Source: a virus. From it: a stretch of DNA of 64,000 nucleotides. Made by a program: the position numbers and the translations under genes. Below, in pieces: positions 1 through 8,885 of the stretch (position 1 is its first letter; each line of letters begins with the position of its first letter). The notes under the pieces are model-generated. The model saw only the letters and a program-made list of their open reading frames with translations, did not search any database and was not told where the DNA came from. The stretch is from positions 1 through 64,000 of the IMG/VR virus record IMGVR_UViG_3300044843_000488; one strand, 5' to 3'.

Positions 1-2
1 TT

Positions 3-1679
3 GGGCTGCCTGACAGGGTTTATGTCTTTGATTGCCGTCAGCTAGGGCAGGAGCTGCGTCACCTGGCTCCTGTTCTGCGAGCCTCCCGGATTGTCAAACT
101 CGGTCAGAACCTGGCGTTCGACTGGGGCTTCTTGGAAGCTAATGGGCTTCCGCTGCGGGGGCCTCTCCTTGACACGATGCTGGGTGCTCGGTTGGTCAAT
201 CTTGGGTTGCGGCACAAGAATGACCTGGGCTCCTTGGTGCAGCGCTATTTAGCGATGCGGCTGGAGGATAAGAAGGAACTTCAAAAGAGTTTCATCGGTC
301 ACGAGGGCCCATTCACTCAGGAGCAGCTGGAGTATGCCGCTCGTGACGTGATTCTGCTGTTTCCCCTTTATGAGAAACTTCGTGAAAAGCTTAAAAAGGA
401 GGAGCTGACTCACATCTTCAAGCTGGAGTGCCGCTGTCTACCGGCGTTTGCCAGCATGACGTACAACGGCTTTTTCCTCGACGTCGAACACTATGAGCGG
501 CTGCTGGTCGAACGACGAGCTGCTTGCGATGAGGTCGAAAAGGAGGTTGTGGCCCACCTTGAGGAGCTTGGGGTGCTTGACGAGTACAAGCATCCCGAAA
601 CCGGGGAAGTCATGATTCACCCCGCCTCTTATGGCCGGGGTAAGAACAAGATCAAGGGCTTTAATCTGCGCTCTCCTTCCCAGCTAGCTCCTGTATTCAG
701 AGCGGGTGGAGTTCCTGTGACCGGCAGTTTGGACCAGAATGTCCTGGCTTTCCTGGCACCGGACTATCCGATTGTCCGGCAGTATTTGCGCTATAAGCAC
801 GCGGCGACCGAGTGCTCACAGATCGAAAAGTTGATTGGGCACGCCAAGGAGTATCCCGATCACAGGATCCGGGCTTCCTACAGGCAGTGCGGCACGGACA
901 CGGGGCGAGCATCGTGCTCGGGACCCAACCTTCAACAGGTAAACCGCAGCAAGGAGCACCGGCAAGGATTCCGCGCTTCTCCTGGCCACAAGCTGGTCAT
1001 CGCAGACTACTCCCAGCTAGAGCTGCGGATTGCAGCAGAGTGCAGCGGAGAGGAGCGGATGGCTCAGGCTTATCGAGAAGATGCTGATTTGCACTTGCGA
1101 ACAGCTGCACTAATGCTTAACAAGCCGGAAGATCAAATTGATAAGGCTTCTAGAACCTCCGCCAAAATTATTAATTTTGGGGCTCTATACGGCGCGGGTG
1201 CGAAGACGATTCAAAAACAGGCCGTCGCTCAGTATGGCGTCGATATGCCCTTAAGGGAGGCAGAAGAAAAGCTGTCGCAGTGGCGCAGAGCTTATCCGCA
1301 GCTGATTGGTTGGCAGAAAACGCAGGGGAACCGGGCTGAGCTACAAGTCAAAACCTTGATGGGTAGGCGCCGTCTCTTGGTTCCAGGCGAGACAGATCGT
1401 TTTACGGTCAGGCTCAACACTCAAGTCCAGGGTACAGGCGGTGATTGCATGAAAGCCGCGCTGGCCATGCTTTGGGAAAGCTATCTCGCAGTCAATCCGG
1501 ATATGCGTTTAGTCGCATGCGTGCATGACGAATGCGTGATGGAAGTTCCTGAAGACAGGGTTCAGGAGGCCATGGACATGCTCAAGCACTGTATGGAAGC
1601 AGCGGCTTACGAGGTATGCATCACCAACGTCCCAATTGTGGCCGAGCCTGGATTCGGAGATGACTGGTCCGCTAAATAG
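3..1679 (+). CDS. polA: Family A DNA polymerase (3'-5' exonuclease + polymerase), 5'-truncated by the window edge
   Basis: Frame is open from base 3 (GLPDRVYVFDC...GQNLAFDWGFL, exonuclease motif). Contains TGRASCSGPNLQQ, motif A ADYSQLELR, motif B RTSAKIINFGALYG and motif C VHDE. Confidence 0.97.
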   Translation, partial: GLPDRVYVFDCRQLGQELRHLAPVLRASRIVKLGQNLAFDWGFLEANGLPLRGPLLDTMLGARLVNLGLRHKNDLGSLVQRYLAMRLEDKKELQKSFIGHEGPFTQEQLEYAARDVILLFPLYEKLREKLKKEELTHIFKLECRCLPAFASMTYNGFFLDVEHYERLLVERRAACDEVEKEVVAHLEELGVLDEYKHPETGEVMIHPASYGRGKNKIKGFNLRSPSQLAPVFRAGGVPVTGSLDQNVLAFLAPDYPIVRQYLRYKHAATECSQIEKLIGHAKEYPDHRIRASYRQCGTDTGRASCSGPNLQQVNRSKEHRQGFRASPGHKLVIADYSQLELRIAAECSGEERMAQAYREDADLHLRTAALMLNKPEDQIDKASRTSAKIINFGALYGAGAKTIQKQAVAQYGVDMPLREAEEKLSQWRRAYPQLIGWQKTQGNRAELQVKTLMGRRRLLVPGETDRFTVRLNTQVQGTGGDCMKAALAMLWESYLAVNPDMRLVACVHDECVMEVPEDRVQEAMDMLKHCMEAAAYEVCITNVPIVAEPGFGDDWSAK

Positions 1680-1790
1680 GGCTATCCTTATCCCGACAGA
1701 GACGTTGAGTGGCCCGTGAGGACCTCAAGGCGAAACTTGATCACATAGTTGATCAGCTTCCGATGGGGCTGCTGCATCGCTTGATAGACG

Positions 1791-2408
1791 ATGCTCAGTT
1801 TTTCCTCGATTGGTACCACTCCAAACGTCAACTCCGGCGCCAGTACCGGGGTAAAAAGAAAACTCGCTACTCCCGCTTTGATTGACCGTCGTATTGCCGA
1901 GCTTGCTGCCGCCGGCATGGTGCGCCCTTTTGTGGAGGACTGCGTTCAACCTTGCAGTTACGACGTGCACCTAGGTGAGGAGACCTTTGTCGAAGGCCGG
2001 GTTGGTTTTGAGCCTTTTAGCTTGGCTGACTATTCGCCTGATAAGCCTTTTATGCTTGGCCCTGGTCAGTTTATGTTGGGCGAAACAATCGAGTACTTGT
2101 CTATCCCGCCAAATGTGGAAGCTCATCTGCATTTGGTGAGTAGTCGAGCAAGAGAGGGACTTAACCACTCGCTCGCTGGTCTCATTGACTGCGGCTTTGA
2201 AGGGAAAATTACTTTGGAGCTTAAGAATATCTTGAACTGTGGTCATATCCCTATCTATCCAGGTCTTCGCATAGCTCAACTTACATTCTTTGAGTACGAC
2301 GAGCCTGCGCAAAGACCCTACGCCGGCCGTTATTTTGGAGATACAAAAGTCTCTTTAGCTAAGGATGGGGCGGATGTATTACGACTTTCACGGTATACGA
2401 ATCTTTGA
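1791..2408 (+). CDS. dcd: dCTP deaminase
   Basis: VQPCSYDVHL, SSRAREGL, AGLIDCGFEGKITLEL and PGLRIAQL motifs of the trimeric dUTPase/Dcd family. Start codon uncertain. Confidence 0.9.
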   Translation: MLSFSSIGTTPNVNSGASTGVKRKLATPALIDRRIAELAAAGMVRPFVEDCVQPCSYDVHLGEETFVEGRVGFEPFSLADYSPDKPFMLGPGQFMLGETIEYLSIPPNVEAHLHLVSSRAREGLNHSLAGLIDCGFEGKITLELKNILNCGHIPIYPGLRIAQLTFFEYDEPAQRPYAGRYFGDTKVSLAKDGADVLRLSRYTNL

Positions 2409-2473
2409 AGTTGGCTTTCCTGTTGGAGATGACGCTGCTTGGTTTTGTGTCATCGACAATAGCCGTCACTATT

Positions 2474-2683
2474 TCAGGACTCTTGCGGCGGCGAAGTCTT
2501 ACATTTCTCAGAAATATCCTGAGGAACCTCGTCGCTAGCAGCTTTCAGGCTAATGGTCCCATCCTCCCTGACATCCCATTCAAGGATGGTTCCCTCAGCC
2601 CAGCCCATCTTCTCGATTAGCTCTTCAGGAAAGGTAATGACACCGTCTTCGTCTACGGGTAGAACCCAGCTCTGTTCAGTCAT
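2474..2683 (-). CDS. AbrB/MazE-like small DNA-binding protein
   Basis: VDEDGVITFPEELIEKMGWAEGTILEW pattern of the swapped-hairpin AbrB fold. Confidence 0.7.
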   Translation of the reverse strand: MTEQSWVLPVDEDGVITFPEELIEKMGWAEGTILEWDVREDGTISLKAASDEVPQDISEKCKTSPPQES

Positions 2684-2885
2684 TTGATTCGAGGATACCT
2701 AAATAGTTTTCTAGCAGCTCAAAGAAGAGCGAGTTGTCTTCTGCGATTGCTGCGCAGAGATTTGCGTAAGGAGAGTCTTCATCCCAGTCGAGTGTTACTA
2801 CCCCGTTCTCCTGGTCAATCGAGATGGATAGCCCGTCTACTTTTTCCTCCGGCTCCAATGCCCGGTCAGAATTACTGTTTCTCAT
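2676..2885 (-). CDS. Hypothetical protein
   Basis: Acidic 69-aa ORF overlapping the start of the AbrB-like gene. Confidence 0.6.
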   Translation of the reverse strand: MRNSNSDRALEPEEKVDGLSISIDQENGVVTLDWDEDSPYANLCAAIAEDNSLFFELLENYLGILESND

Positions 2886-2947
2886 TGAGCTACTTAAGCG
2901 TCCTTATTTAAGCGAAGGGGCGCGGGCTTTAATAACGCTGCAGATAA

Positions 2948-3151
2948 TTAAACTTCAGGAGCAATTGAAGGCTGATCAACTTTGAGGTTTTCTCCTCTGT
3001 AGTTCACAGCATATTTTTGAGCGTTCCACTGTTCCAGGTACATCTCCGCCATCCAGCACGTACCGCAATAGGCTCGGTTGCCATCTGGGAACGTCACTCG
3101 GTAGTACACCGTTCCTTGAGGGTCAAAGAGTTGTTCGATCACAGCAGCCAC
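2948..3151 (-). CDS. Hypothetical protein
   Basis: 67-aa ORF co-oriented with the two preceding minus-strand ORFs. Confidence 0.5.
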   Translation of the reverse strand: MAAVIEQLFDPQGTVYYRVTFPDGNRAYCGTCWMAEMYLEQWNAQKYAVNYRGENLKVDQPSIAPEV

Positions 3152-3230
3152 GCCTGTTAGGCCATCCTAACGAGAACGGCTGGCGTCTCCATCCAAACAG
3201 AGCTATGCTGCGAGGACCTTCTGGCCTGGC

Positions 3231-3521
3231 ATGGCTTTGATTGAGCACCAAGGGGAAGAGACCCTTTGGCACGATGCTTTTACGGCGCAGCTCGCTGCAT
3301 ATTCAGAGCTGTGGGCGTATGTCGATCAGTATTTCAAGCAGCAGCTAAACGTCACCTTGCCACTTGACGTGCTGCGCAAGGTTGTCGACGACTTGATCTG
3401 GGACGCCAATGATGTGGTGCGCAACAAAAACACACATTCCGACCCAGCCCGCTCAGATATTGCTGCAGTCCTCAGAGAGGCGGCCAGCGTTTTCGACACT
3501 TCTGAAGAGGTCGTTACATGA
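3231..3521 (+). CDS. Hypothetical protein
   Basis: ATG start; ATGA overlap with the next gene. Confidence 0.65.
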   Translation: MALIEHQGEETLWHDAFTAQLAAYSELWAYVDQYFKQQLNVTLPLDVLRKVVDDLIWDANDVVRNKNTHSDPARSDIAAVLREAASVFDTSEEVVT

Positions 3522-3742
3522 CTCAATCAGTTTTTAAAGACCTCTTTCAGTTAAAGAAAGAACTTCGCGAAACACACTCATTCTTGTGTTTCTTTGTTGT
3601 GCTCTTACTGTTGGTCTTTGTTTGGCGCTTTCTTGTGGCCTTTGCCATCGGAGTAGCTGCCACGGCCATCTGGCCCACTATTCCTTTCTGGCCTGTTGTT
3701 GGCCTTGTGGTTTCTCTAACTTTTCTCATTCCCGCACAATGA
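3518..3742 (+). CDS. Small membrane protein
   Basis: Long hydrophobic segments; ATGA coupling on both sides. Confidence 0.6.
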   Translation: MTQSVFKDLFQLKKELRETHSFLCFFVVLLLLVFVWRFLVAFAIGVAATAIWPTIPFWPVVGLVVSLTFLIPAQ

Positions 3743-6018
3743 ATACTGACTTCTCTCCTTCGGCACCCGCAGCAAATCCCGTCTTTTACCGCACTTATAG
3801 CCGCAAACTTGATACAGGGCGAGAGAGTTGGAGTCATGTGGTTGAACGCACACTTGCTGGCATAGCTGACCTCGGTGAATTGTCTGAAGACGAAAAAGCT
3901 CTGATTTACCGCATGCAGGCGGAACAAAAAGTTTTGCCTTCGGGTCGTTGGCTTTGGGTTGGCGGAACTAAATGGATTGACGATCCTTCAAACTATTCCG
4001 GAGCTTACAACTGCACTTCCACTAATTTGGTGGATTGGGAAGCCTTTGGTCTCATGATGGATCTTGCCATGATGGGCTCTGGTACTGGCGCAATCCTTGA
4101 AGATCGTTGCATCAGTAAGCTTCCAGTTATCCGAAATAGTTTCAAGATTGTCGCTGTTTCGGCTATCGGTACTGTTCCCGCAGGTCAGCGCAAAGAAGTC
4201 ACTCATGTGACTTATACAGGTAATAAAGTCAGCATTTGTGTTGGCGACAGTCGTCAAGGATGGGTTGACAGCTATCAGGCTCTTCTTGAATGTGCAAGCG
4301 ATGAATGCCTTGATTCAACGTGCCCGGTTGAGGTCACTGTGGATCTTTCAAATGTTCGACCGGCTGGGGAGACACTGAAAGGCTTTGGTGGGACAGCAAA
4401 CCCAATTAAGCTTAAAGATCTATACGGTCGTATGGCCGCTATTCTCAACCGTGCTCAGGGTCGGAAACTGTCTTCCGTTGAATGTTGTCTGCTGATTGAT
4501 GAGGCCGCTGCTGTCGTAGTTGCAGGGAACATCCGCCGTTCCGCCGGTATGCGTCAGTTTTCTTCAGACGATGACTCTGCTCGTTTAGCTAAGCAGTACC
4601 TCTGGCAGCAGGACAGCGACGGCAACTGGCGTATCGACCCGGAGCGTGATGCATTGCGAATGGCTAACCACACCCTTGTTTTTCATACAAAGCCGTCGAG
4701 GGAGGTGGTTTATCAGTCGGTGCGAGACCAGTTCATTTCGGGTGAGGGTGCTATCCAATTTGCGCCAGAGGCCATTGCGCGTTCCAATGCCGACATCCTT
4801 AAAACGCCGGAGCAGCGGAAAATCTTTGTTGATCTTTACTGTGATGAGGGCATTGATACGGCGGCTTCTTATTTGTGGATGCAGCTTCCGGAATGCTCCT
4901 ATGAGGAAATGCAGCACCGCATGGGGCGTTATGGGCTAAATCCCTGTGGTGAAATTCTCGGTTCTGACTTTCACTGCAATTTGTCTGAGGTCCACCTTAA
5001 CCGGATTGATCCCACTGATATCCATGGCCAAACTGAAGCCTTCAAAGCCGCTGGAATTGCAGTGGCAGCCCTCCTCCACCACCGCTTTACCGTCAAGCGC
5101 TACAGAAAGAGTCGTGAGTTGGACCCTATCGTGGGAGTCAGCTTCACCGGTCTTTTCGACTTCTTTGTCCACTCCTTTGGAGTCGCTTGGCTCCAATGGT
5201 GGCAAGCCGGAAGACCTAATACAGACGAAGGAAAAGCGTTTAGGGCGGCTGAGCAAGGTTATTTGATGCGCTGGCGCCGAACTGTTGAGGATGCAGTTAG
5301 TGCCTATTGCGAGCGTAACGGACTCCGTGTTCCTAATCGCTGCACAACTGTTCAGCCCGCAGGGACCAAAAGTCTTCTGACGGGTGCATCTTCTGGGTGG
5401 CATCCTCCTAAGGCCGCACGCTTTGTTCGCCGCATTACCTTCCGCAAGGACGACCCTGTTGCCTTGGCTTGCCTTGACTTTGGTTATTCCGTCGTGCCTT
5501 CTCAGTCGGACAAGGATGATGAAGGCCGTCTTCTTACCGATCCTTTTGACCCTCGTTGCACAGAATGGCTTGTTGAAATCCCAACTGCTGTGAGCTGGGC
5601 AGGTATGGAAGGTGCCGATCAGATTGACATTAGTCAGTTTTCTGCACTAGCTCAGTTTGACTTCTACATGCAGGTGCAGAAGTACTACACCACGCACAAC
5701 ACCTCAGCCACAATTGAGTTTCGCGAGCATGAGATTGAGCCCTTGGCCGACGCCATATTTTCCGCCATTGACAACGGCGATGGCTATATCTCTGCGGCTC
5801 TATTGGCGCGTTTTGACGCCAATGAAACGTTCCCTCGGCTACCTTTTGAGCCTATTGATGAAGCTCGTTACGATGAGCTGCACGCCCAGGTTCTGGAGCG
5901 CAGACAAACCTCTGATTTCTTTGCCGCACTTCAAAAGTATGACAGCGGCGAACTGGTAGAGGCCGGTCCTGCTGGCTGCGATTCAGACAAGTGCCTTCTT
6001 CCCCTTGCAAAAGGTTGA
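3739..6018 (+). CDS. nrdJ: Class II (adenosylcobalamin-dependent) ribonucleoside-triphosphate reductase, cyanobacterial type
   Basis: True start is MNTDFSPSAPAANPVFYRTYSR at 3739. Contains PSGRWLWVGG, YNCT, GNIRRSA, NPCGEI (thiyl radical Cys), TTVQPAGT and the C-terminal CDSDKC redox pair. No intein seen. Confidence 0.96.
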   Translation: MNTDFSPSAPAANPVFYRTYSRKLDTGRESWSHVVERTLAGIADLGELSEDEKALIYRMQAEQKVLPSGRWLWVGGTKWIDDPSNYSGAYNCTSTNLVDWEAFGLMMDLAMMGSGTGAILEDRCISKLPVIRNSFKIVAVSAIGTVPAGQRKEVTHVTYTGNKVSICVGDSRQGWVDSYQALLECASDECLDSTCPVEVTVDLSNVRPAGETLKGFGGTANPIKLKDLYGRMAAILNRAQGRKLSSVECCLLIDEAAAVVVAGNIRRSAGMRQFSSDDDSARLAKQYLWQQDSDGNWRIDPERDALRMANHTLVFHTKPSREVVYQSVRDQFISGEGAIQFAPEAIARSNADILKTPEQRKIFVDLYCDEGIDTAASYLWMQLPECSYEEMQHRMGRYGLNPCGEILGSDFHCNLSEVHLNRIDPTDIHGQTEAFKAAGIAVAALLHHRFTVKRYRKSRELDPIVGVSFTGLFDFFVHSFGVAWLQWWQAGRPNTDEGKAFRAAEQGYLMRWRRTVEDAVSAYCERNGLRVPNRCTTVQPAGTKSLLTGASSGWHPPKAARFVRRITFRKDDPVALACLDFGYSVVPSQSDKDDEGRLLTDPFDPRCTEWLVEIPTAVSWAGMEGADQIDISQFSALAQFDFYMQVQKYYTTHNTSATIEFREHEIEPLADAIFSAIDNGDGYISAALLARFDANETFPRLPFEPIDEARYDELHAQVLERRQTSDFFAALQKYDSGELVEAGPAGCDSDKCLLPLAKG

Positions 6019-6365
6019 TGTACCAGGATTCTCACGTCACACTCAAGATTGAGATAAAGGAGTCCGGCGGATATGAGCTGGACTCCTTGGCTCCTCACAC
6101 TGTCTGCTTTGAAGCCGACATGCTCGACTGTAACGCCCACGGTTGGTTTGCTGCGTTTGAAAAAATCATGCGCCTGCAAGGCTTCTCGGAAGACGCCATT
6201 GCAAGGGGAGCTTGCCAATTGGCCTTTAACGAGTACAGGCCGAAGGAGTTGATGGCCTCAGTGGCTAAGGAGTACGACCTTATTCTTTTGGAGGATCAGG
6301 TTGAGATGGAAACCTCGCAAGATCTTGCCACCTTTACTATCACGTCTGCCACGACTGATGTGTGA
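6018..6365 (+). CDS. Hypothetical protein
   Basis: TGATG coupling to the nrdJ stop; starts MYQDSH. Confidence 0.65.
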   Translation: MYQDSHVTLKIEIKESGGYELDSLAPHTVCFEADMLDCNAHGWFAAFEKIMRLQGFSEDAIARGACQLAFNEYRPKELMASVAKEYDLILLEDQVEMETSQDLATFTITSATTDV

Positions 6366-6498
6366 CCTCCAGTGTTGGTCTGGTCTTTTTTACGAAGGCT
6401 TAGTCCTCTTTAATATCGCTGTAGGTATGACCTGTGTCGGCATTCTTGTAGCGGCTCTTGTTTATTTCTATTTAGGCGGAGGTCCGCCAGGTTTCTGA
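6358..6498 (+). CDS. Small membrane peptide
   Basis: 46 aa with one hydrophobic helix; overlaps the upstream stop. Confidence 0.45.
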   Translation: MCDLQCWSGLFYEGLVLFNIAVGMTCVGILVAALVYFYLGGGPPGF

Positions 6499-6499
6499 A

Positions 6500-6868
6500 A
6501 TGCCAAACCCTTCTCTGAGAACTAGAATCATAGACGCAATGAGGACCGCTTCGGACACTTCTGCGGCGTCTGATTGGTGGGATGTGGCTGCCACCAATGT
6601 TATGCAAGAAGTGGCACAAGCTTTTCGAGATGACGACCTCCAACTTTCTGCTGACTGGGTCGATCAACAACGTCGAGCAGCACGACCCTTGTGGCTTGAC
6701 ATGGAAGAAGCTTTTGACAGCCAGATTGACGACTGCTTCTACGAGTTTCATCAAGCAGCCGCTGCCATGCTCAAGGTAGTTGCAACCCGGCTCGAAAATA
6801 ATGTCTTCTTGGAGGCGGCAAAATACTTGAGACAGCAGGCTGAAATTGCGGAATCCCTTAAGAAGTGA
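6500..6868 (+). CDS. Hypothetical protein with internal duplication
   Basis: Two similar helical units (AATNVMQEVA..SADWV / AAAAMLKVVA..AAKYL). Confidence 0.6.
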   Translation: MPNPSLRTRIIDAMRTASDTSAASDWWDVAATNVMQEVAQAFRDDDLQLSADWVDQQRRAARPLWLDMEEAFDSQIDDCFYEFHQAAAAMLKVVATRLENNVFLEAAKYLRQQAEIAESLKK

Positions 6869-7098
6869 TGTGGCGACTATGGGCTAAAGCTTTAGGGGAT
6901 AAAGCATCTTCCTGCAGTCGTGAGTCCGATATCGTTGCTTTGATTAGGAGCTTGATTCTTCTTGCCTATCTAGTGACGAATGGTTTCATCGTGGCTGGTG
7001 TCTTGAGGAATTGGAATGACAACTCCAAATTTGTTCCTAATTTGAACCAAATTAGGAGTTGCGGGCAGGCCACTCTTTGCTTATACGCAACTAGTTGA
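6865..7098 (+). CDS. Cyanophage-type small membrane protein
   Basis: MWRLWAKALGDKAS...NGFIVAGVLRNW resembles small ORFs I recall from cyanophages. Confidence 0.6.
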   Translation: MMWRLWAKALGDKASSCSRESDIVALIRSLILLAYLVTNGFIVAGVLRNWNDNSKFVPNLNQIRSCGQATLCLYATS

Positions 7099-7208
7099 AG
7101 GGGGGCGTATAGAATGGCAAAGTCTGATAGCGGACACCGGTTGGCAGACCGATGACCGGTGTAAGCGTGCTGTAAGTCCCGCCGCGTTTTCTGAGTAATA
7201 GGCTATAA

Positions 7209-7391
7209 ATGCAGCTAGAAGAAGCGTTTCAAATTCTCTACCGTGGCCAGAGCAACGTTGCCCATGTTGCGGCTGCTGTCGACTTGCCTCTGGGCAAAAT
7301 GAAATCCCTCTTCCGCGAATACGTCTCCCGTAATCCGCTTGATGAGCAGGCTTGGCTTAACGACATTGTTATGACGTGGCCTTATGCTTAG
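7209..7391 (+). CDS. Small putative HTH protein
   Basis: NVAHVAAAVDLPLGKMKSLF helix-turn-helix-like pattern; converges on the integrase. Confidence 0.55.
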   Translation: MQLEEAFQILYRGQSNVAHVAAAVDLPLGKMKSLFREYVSRNPLDEQAWLNDIVMTWPYA

Positions 7392-8479
7392 GTCAGCCTG
7401 TCCTGGATAGATCGTTTGAGGTCTTCTTTTTTGCACCATTTCAAATAGGTCTTTTTATGGACGTCAACGCCGTGGCCCATCAGTTGCGCGGCGTCCTCTG
7501 TTCTCACATGGCTGTATGCCTGGTGCGTGTGGAGCCTGGCGGCGTAGGCGTGGCGAAGGTCGTAGCTCGATGGGCTGCTCCATTCAGCTAGGTGCTTCCA
7601 CCGGGTGAAGAAGGTCGAGACTTTGCTGCCCAGTTCCCGGTGGGTTGATTCCGGCACGAACTCGGGTATGTCCCCGGACCGGAGGCTCCAGCGCTCGATC
7701 CACTCCGGATGGGCGGGCATCACCGGGCGGTATCCGGTCTTGGAGTTGGCGGCGATCTCGATCCAACCCTTGGCGTCGGGTCTGGATTCGAGGCGGAAGA
7801 CCTCGTGGTTACGGAGGCCGTAGGTGGCGATCAGGCCCATGGCGGTTTTCCAAGGCCCGTCATGGAGGTTGTCGACAAACCCGACAACTTGCTCGTCAGT
7901 CGGCAGATCCCTGGGATCGAGGATTTTGTCGCCGCTAAAGGTGCTCTCGGCCCTGGTGCGGTCAAGCCAGTCCCGGTCGATCCCCACACCGATCTCGAAC
8001 AGCCGCCGGGCTGTGGTGACGCGACGAAGTCGTTCGCGGCTGTCAAAGGGGGCGCGGAGCACCCACCGTTTGACCGCTTCTGCGCTGACCCCACCCCGAA
8101 ACGCCTGCAGCTCGCGGATGTGGCGCGCGTAGTCGGTGTGGATGCTGGTGCCCCGCCGGGTGAGGTGCTCCTTGAGGCGCAGGGTCAGGGCCGTCCAGCC
8201 AGTCAGCTCCTCGGCGCTCCCAATTTGGGAGGTCTTGCGCTCGATCAGGGAGGGGGTCTCCTCCAGCTCCAGGCAGAAGCGGAAGGCCCGGTTCAGGGCG
8301 TCAGACTCACGTGAATCTATACACGTGGATTTGATCTTCGTGCCATCCGGAAATGGTTGCGTAGCACGGATGTAGTAGATGGGCGATTGAGACGTCAGTC
8401 GCAGCCTAAAGCGGCAGCCCATCTCAGCGAGGACAGCGTTGCGCTCCTGCCAGGCGGCCAGGCGTTGTTGTCTACTCAT
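7388..8479 (-). CDS. int: Tyrosine recombinase / phage integrase (cyanobacterial type)
   Basis: Catalytic residues R (YGLRNHE), K (SKTG), YDLRHAYA, H (MGH) and Y (KTY). ATG at 8479; alternative TTG at 8494. Confidence 0.93.
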   Translation of the reverse strand: MSRQQRLAAWQERNAVLAEMGCRFRLRLTSQSPIYYIRATQPFPDGTKIKSTCIDSRESDALNRAFRFCLELEETPSLIERKTSQIGSAEELTGWTALTLRLKEHLTRRGTSIHTDYARHIRELQAFRGGVSAEAVKRWVLRAPFDSRERLRRVTTARRLFEIGVGIDRDWLDRTRAESTFSGDKILDPRDLPTDEQVVGFVDNLHDGPWKTAMGLIATYGLRNHEVFRLESRPDAKGWIEIAANSKTGYRPVMPAHPEWIERWSLRSGDIPEFVPESTHRELGSKVSTFFTRWKHLAEWSSPSSYDLRHAYAARLHTHQAYSHVRTEDAAQLMGHGVDVHKKTYLKWCKKEDLKRSIQDRLT

Positions 8480-8716
8480 TTCTTTACTCCGCAACGCCTG
8501 TCCAAAATAGGATGAGACTGCTCGCGGCGCAAGGGATCCCAGTCCAGGACTGCTGTCCTGTTTTGTATAGGTGTCTCAAGTCAGTGCCCAAGCGGCTTTT
8601 GCGCGGCTTAGAAGGCAGACTAAGACCCCTGTCAACGACTGGGTTTCTCAAGCCGTCTCTATTTGGGCTTTACTCAGCAACACAAAACTGGATTGGATGC
8701 TGAGGCGATGAAAAGA

Positions 8717-8790
8717 CGGGCCGTGCTGGACTCGAACCAGCGACCGAGTACTTAGAAGGTACTTGCTCTATCCAGCTGAGCTAACGGCCC
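8717..8790 (-). tRNA. tRNA-Arg, anticodon UCU (no encoded CCA)
   Basis: Reverse complement is GGGCCGTTAGCTCAGCTGGATAGAGCAAGTACCTTCTAAGTACTCGGTCGCTGGTTCGAGTCCAGCACGGCCCG, a full cloverleaf with AGTAC/GTACT anticodon stem and CTTCTAA loop. Confidence 0.96.
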
Positions 8791-8850
8791 AAATCCCTTG
8801 CCAGGACAAGGTTGTTGCCACTGTAACGCGGGACCCAAAAAGTTCAGTTG

Positions 8851-8864
8851 GTAACAATTGTTAC
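8851..8864. promoter_or_regulatory. NtcA binding site (GTA-N8-TAC)
   Basis: Perfect palindrome GTAACAATTGTTAC, 8 nt upstream of a TAAAAT -10 box (8873-8878). This is the repressing geometry for the + strand promoter. Confidence 0.8.
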
Positions 8865-8885
8865 AGTTTCCCTAAAATGGGGTCA

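Noticed and set aside
3586-3738. N-terminal extension of NrdJ given in the ORF track
   Set aside because: It overlaps a plausible membrane ORF; the family-typical N-terminus begins at ATG 3739 with ATGA coupling.
8717-8790. tRNA as the boundary of an integrated prophage (attL/attR)
   Set aside because: Phage genes continue on both sides and no host housekeeping genes appear in the window.
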